From: Oscillospiraceae bacterium
Lineage (GTDB): Bacteria > Bacillota_I > Bacilli_A > RFN20 > CAG-826
Assembly: GCA_963644615.1 (NCBI GenBank)
Contig: CAVIPP010000001.1
Coordinates: 31,120-74,636 of the forward strand
Length of the DNA: 43,517 nucleotides
Direction of reading: 5' to 3'
Part shown: piece by piece, positions 39,221 to 43,517 of the stretch
How positions within the stretch are numbered: position 1 is the first letter of the stretch
Layout: each line of letters opens with the position of its first letter
The notes under the pieces: generated by a model
The model's input: only the letters and a program-made list of their open reading frames with translations
Database searches by the model: none
Told to the model about the DNA's origin: nothing
Translations under genes and position numbers: made by a program

Positions 39221-39415
39221 ATTTTCCTCCTAATTGACAATTGTAACTAACAGTATGCGAAAAAAATCGCATATATAATTTAGCAACTGCACAACTTTAT
39301 AGCAATAACAAAGTTATTAAAAGTTACCAAAAAGCATTAAAAAGCGGTTTTTAATTAATGGTTTTATCTATTCAATTTATGTATTATAGTTATATTACAA
39401 TTTCGAGGAATACGA

Positions 39416-40984
39416 ATGAAAGAACCCCTTATATTAACAATAGATTTTGGAACACAATCAGTTCGCGCTGGACTTTTTAACAACAAAGGCGAAACAGTCG
39501 CTATGGAAAAAGTTAAATATGAACCAGTATATAATTCACCAAAACCCGGTTTTGCTGAACAAGATCCATATTTTTATATGGAATCACTTGCTAAAGCAAC
39601 AAAACCATTAATGGAAAAAAATAAAGATAAAGTCGATGATATTTTAGGCATATCAATGTCATTTTTTAGAGATTCTCCAGTTATTTTAGACAAAGATAAT
39701 AAACCTCTTAGGCCAGCAATTCTCTGGCTTGACCAAAGACGATCCGATGCAAAAAGACCTTTAAGTTTTGGTCGGAAAACTATTTTTAAAGTAATTGGTA
39801 TGGGGCCAACTATTGAACTTAATCGTAAAAGAACGATGGCTCTATGGATTCAAGAAAACGAACCAGAAATATGGGCGAAAGTTGATAAATATATGAATTT
39901 ATCTACCTTTGTTACCATGCAATTACTTGGTGATTATGTCGATTCACCTGCATCACAAGCTGGTCATATTCCAATCTGGTTTAAGAAACGAAAATGGTAT
40001 AAAGATAAAGCCTTAAAAGGCGAAGTCTATGGAATAGAAAATAAATTACTTTGTAAACTCGTTCCTGTTGGAGAAGTAATGGGTACAATAACTAAAGAAG
40101 CAAGTGAAAAGACTGGGCTTCCTATGGGATTAAAGATGTTTGCGTGCGGCTCTGATAAATCTGCAGAAACATTTGGGCTTGGCGCAATTGATAAGACAAC
40201 TGCTGCGGTAAGCTATGGAACAGCATCAAGCGTTGAAATAACTGTTAAAAAATATTCAGACGCTGAACCATTTTTACCTGCTTATCCTAGTGTAGTACCA
40301 GGTTATTATAATCTTGAAGTTCAAATATATCGTGGTTATTGGATGCTCAATTGGTTCGCAACTGAATTTGGTGCTGGTGAAAAAATCGAAAATCAAATTG
40401 AAAATATTTCTGCTATAAAAGCACTCAATAAAGAAATGTTAAAAATTGAACCTGGATGTGATGGACTTGTTTTACAACCTTATTGGGGACCAGGCCTTAG
40501 AAGACCTCTCGCTAAAGGTGCAATTATTGGTTTCAGTGATACTCATACATCAATTCACTTATATCGTGCAATTATTGAAGGTATTGCTTATGCACTTCGT
40601 GAAGGCATGGAATTTTTTGAAAAGAAAAGAACTCATAAAAAAGTTAAAAAGATTCGTATTGCTGGTGGCGGTTCTCAATCTGATGCAGTTTGTCAGATTA
40701 CTGCAGATATATTTGGCTTACCGGTTTCGCGTATTCAAACATTTGAATGTTCGTCTCTTGGTTGTGCAATGGCGGGATTTTTAGCCGCTAAAGAATTTAA
40801 AACTCCTCAAGAAGCAGTGGAGGCGATGGTTCACCAATCTGATGAATTTTTACCAAATATGGAAAATCATAAAAAATATGATTATTTATTCAATCATGTC
40901 TATATGAAAATTTTTCCTCGACTTAAATTTTTGTATGCAGATTTAAAGCATTACGACAAACTAATCGAAGAGAAAAAGTTATAA
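39416..40984 (+). CDS. FGGY-family carbohydrate kinase (sugar substrate unknown)
   Basis: 522 aa with the N-terminal ILTIDFGTQSVRAGLF and C-terminal IRIAGGGSQSDAVCQITADIFGLPV motifs of the FGGY family. Confidence 0.85.
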   Translation: MKEPLILTIDFGTQSVRAGLFNNKGETVAMEKVKYEPVYNSPKPGFAEQDPYFYMESLAKATKPLMEKNKDKVDDILGISMSFFRDSPVILDKDNKPLRPAILWLDQRRSDAKRPLSFGRKTIFKVIGMGPTIELNRKRTMALWIQENEPEIWAKVDKYMNLSTFVTMQLLGDYVDSPASQAGHIPIWFKKRKWYKDKALKGEVYGIENKLLCKLVPVGEVMGTITKEASEKTGLPMGLKMFACGSDKSAETFGLGAIDKTTAAVSYGTASSVEITVKKYSDAEPFLPAYPSVVPGYYNLEVQIYRGYWMLNWFATEFGAGEKIENQIENISAIKALNKEMLKIEPGCDGLVLQPYWGPGLRRPLAKGAIIGFSDTHTSIHLYRAIIEGIAYALREGMEFFEKKRTHKKVKKIRIAGGGSQSDAVCQITADIFGLPVSRIQTFECSSLGCAMAGFLAAKEFKTPQEAVEAMVHQSDEFLPNMENHKKYDYLFNHVYMKIFPRLKFLYADLKHYDKLIEEKKL

Positions 40985-41008
40985 GAAAGTCTAATACGTA
41001 TCTGATTT

Positions 41009-42196
41009 TTATTGTTCTAAGACAAAATCTTTAAACTCGTTCGCGGATTTTAAATCACTAAAAGTTGCAAAATAGAAATGATCGCCCATTGCTTCTCTTA
41101 TTCCTTTTGGATAGATGCCTACTTCGCGTATATTTTCTTTATATTTATTTAATATATCGCTATGCGTATTGTGATACACCTTGTTATCATGTCTAGCGAC
41201 AGACATTGCGATATATTTTTCTTTATTTAGGTCTTCTAACGACTTATTATAACAAATCACATCAGCGTATATTTTATAGTAATTTGCGTTTATCGCCATT
41301 GATATCAAATCGGGAGTGTTTCCTCCAGGAGAACGCATGTTAGTTTCTAAGGCGATAATATCTCCGATTTTACCTAGACCTTTTTTAGATTTTCTAAGTT
41401 TAAAAAATTCAATATGAAAACATCTTTTAGATATCCCAAATTCTTTAACGACATTTTCACCTAATTTTCTAAATTTATCAGGCATTTCAGTCGTCGCATA
41501 ATAGTAAATATCTTTACTATCATTTACAACTTCTGCGATAGGAGTTGGGAAATGTTCATTGACTGCAAATATGATATTGCCATCAATGTCACATATTCCA
41601 TCAAATGACATAAGTTCACCATCAATAAATTCTTCCATAATGTAAGTAGTTTCTAATTTTGTGTTATGGAATTTTCTTAATTGTTCTTCATTAGATATTT
41701 TGTAGGAATGTGATGCTCCGACACCATTATCAGGTTTAACAAAAAGTGGATATCCAACCTCTTTAGCAAAATCTAAAGATTTATCTAAATCACTGACAAG
41801 AATATACCTAGCGGTTTTAGCGCCCGCTTTATTGAAATATTGTTTCATTTTTGATTTGTATTTTATTTTGTCCATATTGGCTGGATAAAATCCTGTATCA
41901 ATATGGAAATATTCTCTTAGTTTTGCGTCTTCCATCAGCCAATATTCGTTGTTAGATTCAAGAAAATCTATATGCCCATATTTATTTATAAAATATTGGA
42001 CGGCTTTCTTCATTTCTTCATAGTTAGAAAGATCGGTTAAATAATAATATTCTGTGATGTATTTTCTTAGTTCTTCATTTGTCTCTAAATATGGTGTGTC
42101 ACCAATGCCTAAGACATTAACACCATTATCTTTTAAAGCGTGAACAAATTTGGAATATATTGTAGGAAAATTCGGTGATATAAAAATGAAATTCAT
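41009..42196 (-). CDS. ATP-grasp domain protein (uncharacterised carboxylate-amine ligase-like family)
   Basis: 395 aa: pre-ATP-grasp region (NVLGIGD), then YPLFVKPDNGVGASHSYKI, YIMEEFIDGE and HIEFF...ALETNMRSPGG, typical of ATP-grasp B/C subdomains. Confidence 0.7.
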   Translation of the reverse strand: MNFIFISPNFPTIYSKFVHALKDNGVNVLGIGDTPYLETNEELRKYITEYYYLTDLSNYEEMKKAVQYFINKYGHIDFLESNNEYWLMEDAKLREYFHIDTGFYPANMDKIKYKSKMKQYFNKAGAKTARYILVSDLDKSLDFAKEVGYPLFVKPDNGVGASHSYKISNEEQLRKFHNTKLETTYIMEEFIDGELMSFDGICDIDGNIIFAVNEHFPTPIAEVVNDSKDIYYYATTEMPDKFRKLGENVVKEFGISKRCFHIEFFKLRKSKKGLGKIGDIIALETNMRSPGGNTPDLISMAINANYYKIYADVICYNKSLEDLNKEKYIAMSVARHDNKVYHNTHSDILNKYKENIREVGIYPKGIREAMGDHFYFATFSDLKSANEFKDFVLEQ

Positions 42197-42302
42197 AATA
42201 TAGCCTTTCGTAAATAAAGGTAAATATACCTTGTTACAACAAAATTATTTTATACTTATCACTTTTTATTGTTAATAAAGTGTTTTTATTTTAATTATTT
42301 TC

Positions 42303-43256
42303 CTAAGCTACATTTTCTTCTTTTTGATTTGCCTTCTTAGAGGCGTATTTTAAAAGAAAGTATGCAACAAAGGCACCAACAAAGAATAAAGGAATTCCTA
42401 AAGCAAGTTCTATTGGATTATTTATTATTCCTGCATAAGAAGTAGTGTTACTAGTCGCGTAACCAGCGTATATATCTAGATTTAAGAATATTGCTGGAAT
42501 TGATCCGATGACGAATCCTAGTATTCCATAGAAAGTTATTGTTCTATGCTTCGCTAATAAATATTTCATCAGTTTTGCACAAGCAAAGAAACCAATAATT
42601 ATTCCCAAAGCTAGACAACATAATAGTCCAAAATATGGACCAAAATTATTATCAAAATTCTTAAGTGATGAAATGAGTTCTAATATAGGCTGATAAAAAC
42701 CAAGAACCATTAAAATCATTGATCCGCTGACACCTGGAGCGACAAGAGCAAAAGAAGCAAGCATCCCGACTGGTATCATAATTAAATACATATACCATTG
42801 TGGATTCATGATCTTGTCTCTTAGTCCATATGAACCTTGTGTTTGGAAATAAAATGATAAAAGCGCTATTCCAATCACAAATATGAGTGTTATCGAAAAT
42901 GTAACGACATATGAAGTTTTAAGTGGTTCACCTTTCACTTCTTTAGATAGACTTGGAACACTGCCAAGAATTAGTCCAGCAAATAAAGCAACAATTGAAA
43001 ATAATATATATGTGAATGCTAGTTTGATTCCAAAAAATCCAATAGCAAAACCAATAATTATTCCTAAACAAATCGGAAGTAATATTAGAAAACTTTTGAC
43101 AAAATTCTTAAATAACGAAGAAACAGCGTTAATTAGTTTGTCATATATTTTTATTATGATAGCTATTGTTCCACCAGAAACACCTGGAATAATACACGCT
43201 AAACCTATGCCTATTCCTTTTAGTAAATCAAATATCCAGTTTTTAAATTTATTCAT
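42303..43256 (-). CDS. DUF368 family polytopic membrane protein (PopT-like putative polyprenyl-phosphate transporter)
   Basis: 317 aa with an internal duplication carrying the family signature twice: IIPGVSGGTIAII and VAPGVSGSMILMVLG. About 8-9 TM segments. Confidence 0.75.
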   Translation of the reverse strand: MNKFKNWIFDLLKGIGIGLACIIPGVSGGTIAIIIKIYDKLINAVSSLFKNFVKSFLILLPICLGIIIGFAIGFFGIKLAFTYILFSIVALFAGLILGSVPSLSKEVKGEPLKTSYVVTFSITLIFVIGIALLSFYFQTQGSYGLRDKIMNPQWYMYLIMIPVGMLASFALVAPGVSGSMILMVLGFYQPILELISSLKNFDNNFGPYFGLLCCLALGIIIGFFACAKLMKYLLAKHRTITFYGILGFVIGSIPAIFLNLDIYAGYATSNTTSYAGIINNPIELALGIPLFFVGAFVAYFLLKYASKKANQKEENVA

Positions 43257-43517
43257 ACAATGAAAATTATATATAGATAGTAGTTTTTTGAGTAGCGAAT
43301 AATGTTTTTGATAATTTTATAAATAATTTTTGATTTTAAAAAACATTTCTTTTATGAAGAAATCATTTTTGACTTAAAGTCGACAAAATCCGCCAAATAG
43401 ATAAAAATGTCTATTTTGGATGCTTATATATTTTTAATTAATTCTTATGAATTAAAAAAATGTGAGTCGTACCCCAAAATCTGGACAACAGAAAGGAGTA
43501 CATATTTCTATGAAATA

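Noticed and set aside
42240-42302. A hairpin (cacttt-N11-aaagtg) followed by a T-run, downstream of the DUF368 gene, considered as its terminator.
   Set aside because: The T-run follows the stem only on the plus strand, which is the wrong orientation for the minus-strand gene. The stem is a weak 6 bp and AT-rich.
43440-43500. A preQ1-like riboswitch, suggested by an A-rich tail ending in the SD (CCCCAAAATCTGGACAACAGAAAGGAG).
   Set aside because: I could not find a P1 stem complementary to the CCCC/CCCA segment in the upstream sequence, so the resemblance is limited to A-richness near an SD.

Overview
This is an AT-rich bacterial chromosome segment that uses the standard genetic code: TGA terminates tldD at 6990-6992 and rnmV at 34408-34410, so it is not a code-4 mycoplasma. 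The window is centred on the chromosomal replication origin. dnaA-dnaN-yaaA-recF-gyrB-gyrA run leftward on the minus strand and rpmH-rnpA-yidC-jag-mnmE run rightward on the plus strand. They diverge from a roughly 0.5 kb non-coding region (28385-28957) that holds at least seven DnaA-box-like 9-mers. A further box plus an almost pure A/T block lies between dnaA and dnaN, giving a bipartite, Bacillus-like layout. Gene orientation flips at this point, as expected for oriC. The rest is mostly housekeeping: metG, rpmE, tldD/pmbA, degV, mscL, tadA, serS, tatD-rnmV-rsmA-ispE, ppdK and an FGGY sugar kinase. One RNA gene is absent from the ORF track: a minimal roughly 80-nt SRP (4.5S-type) RNA between serS and tadA. 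I see no CRISPR array, transposase, integrase, prophage, toxin-antitoxin pair or recognisable defence gene, and no tRNA or rRNA. I do not find a convincing new system. The items most worth a second look are a translationally coupled operon (non-canonical P-type ATPase, orphan psuG, DhaS-like TetR, Fe-ADH, S2P-like membrane protein), a YidC with a roughly 290-aa lipoprotein-anchored N-terminal ectodomain, an MscL with a long loop insertion, an uncharacterised ATP-grasp enzyme next to a DUF368 protein, and the origin architecture. Family assignments come from motifs I can read in the translations and from memory of the families; no searches were run. The taxon cannot be fixed from this window, but a low-GC Bacillota/Mycoplasmatota-like lineage is the most I would say.
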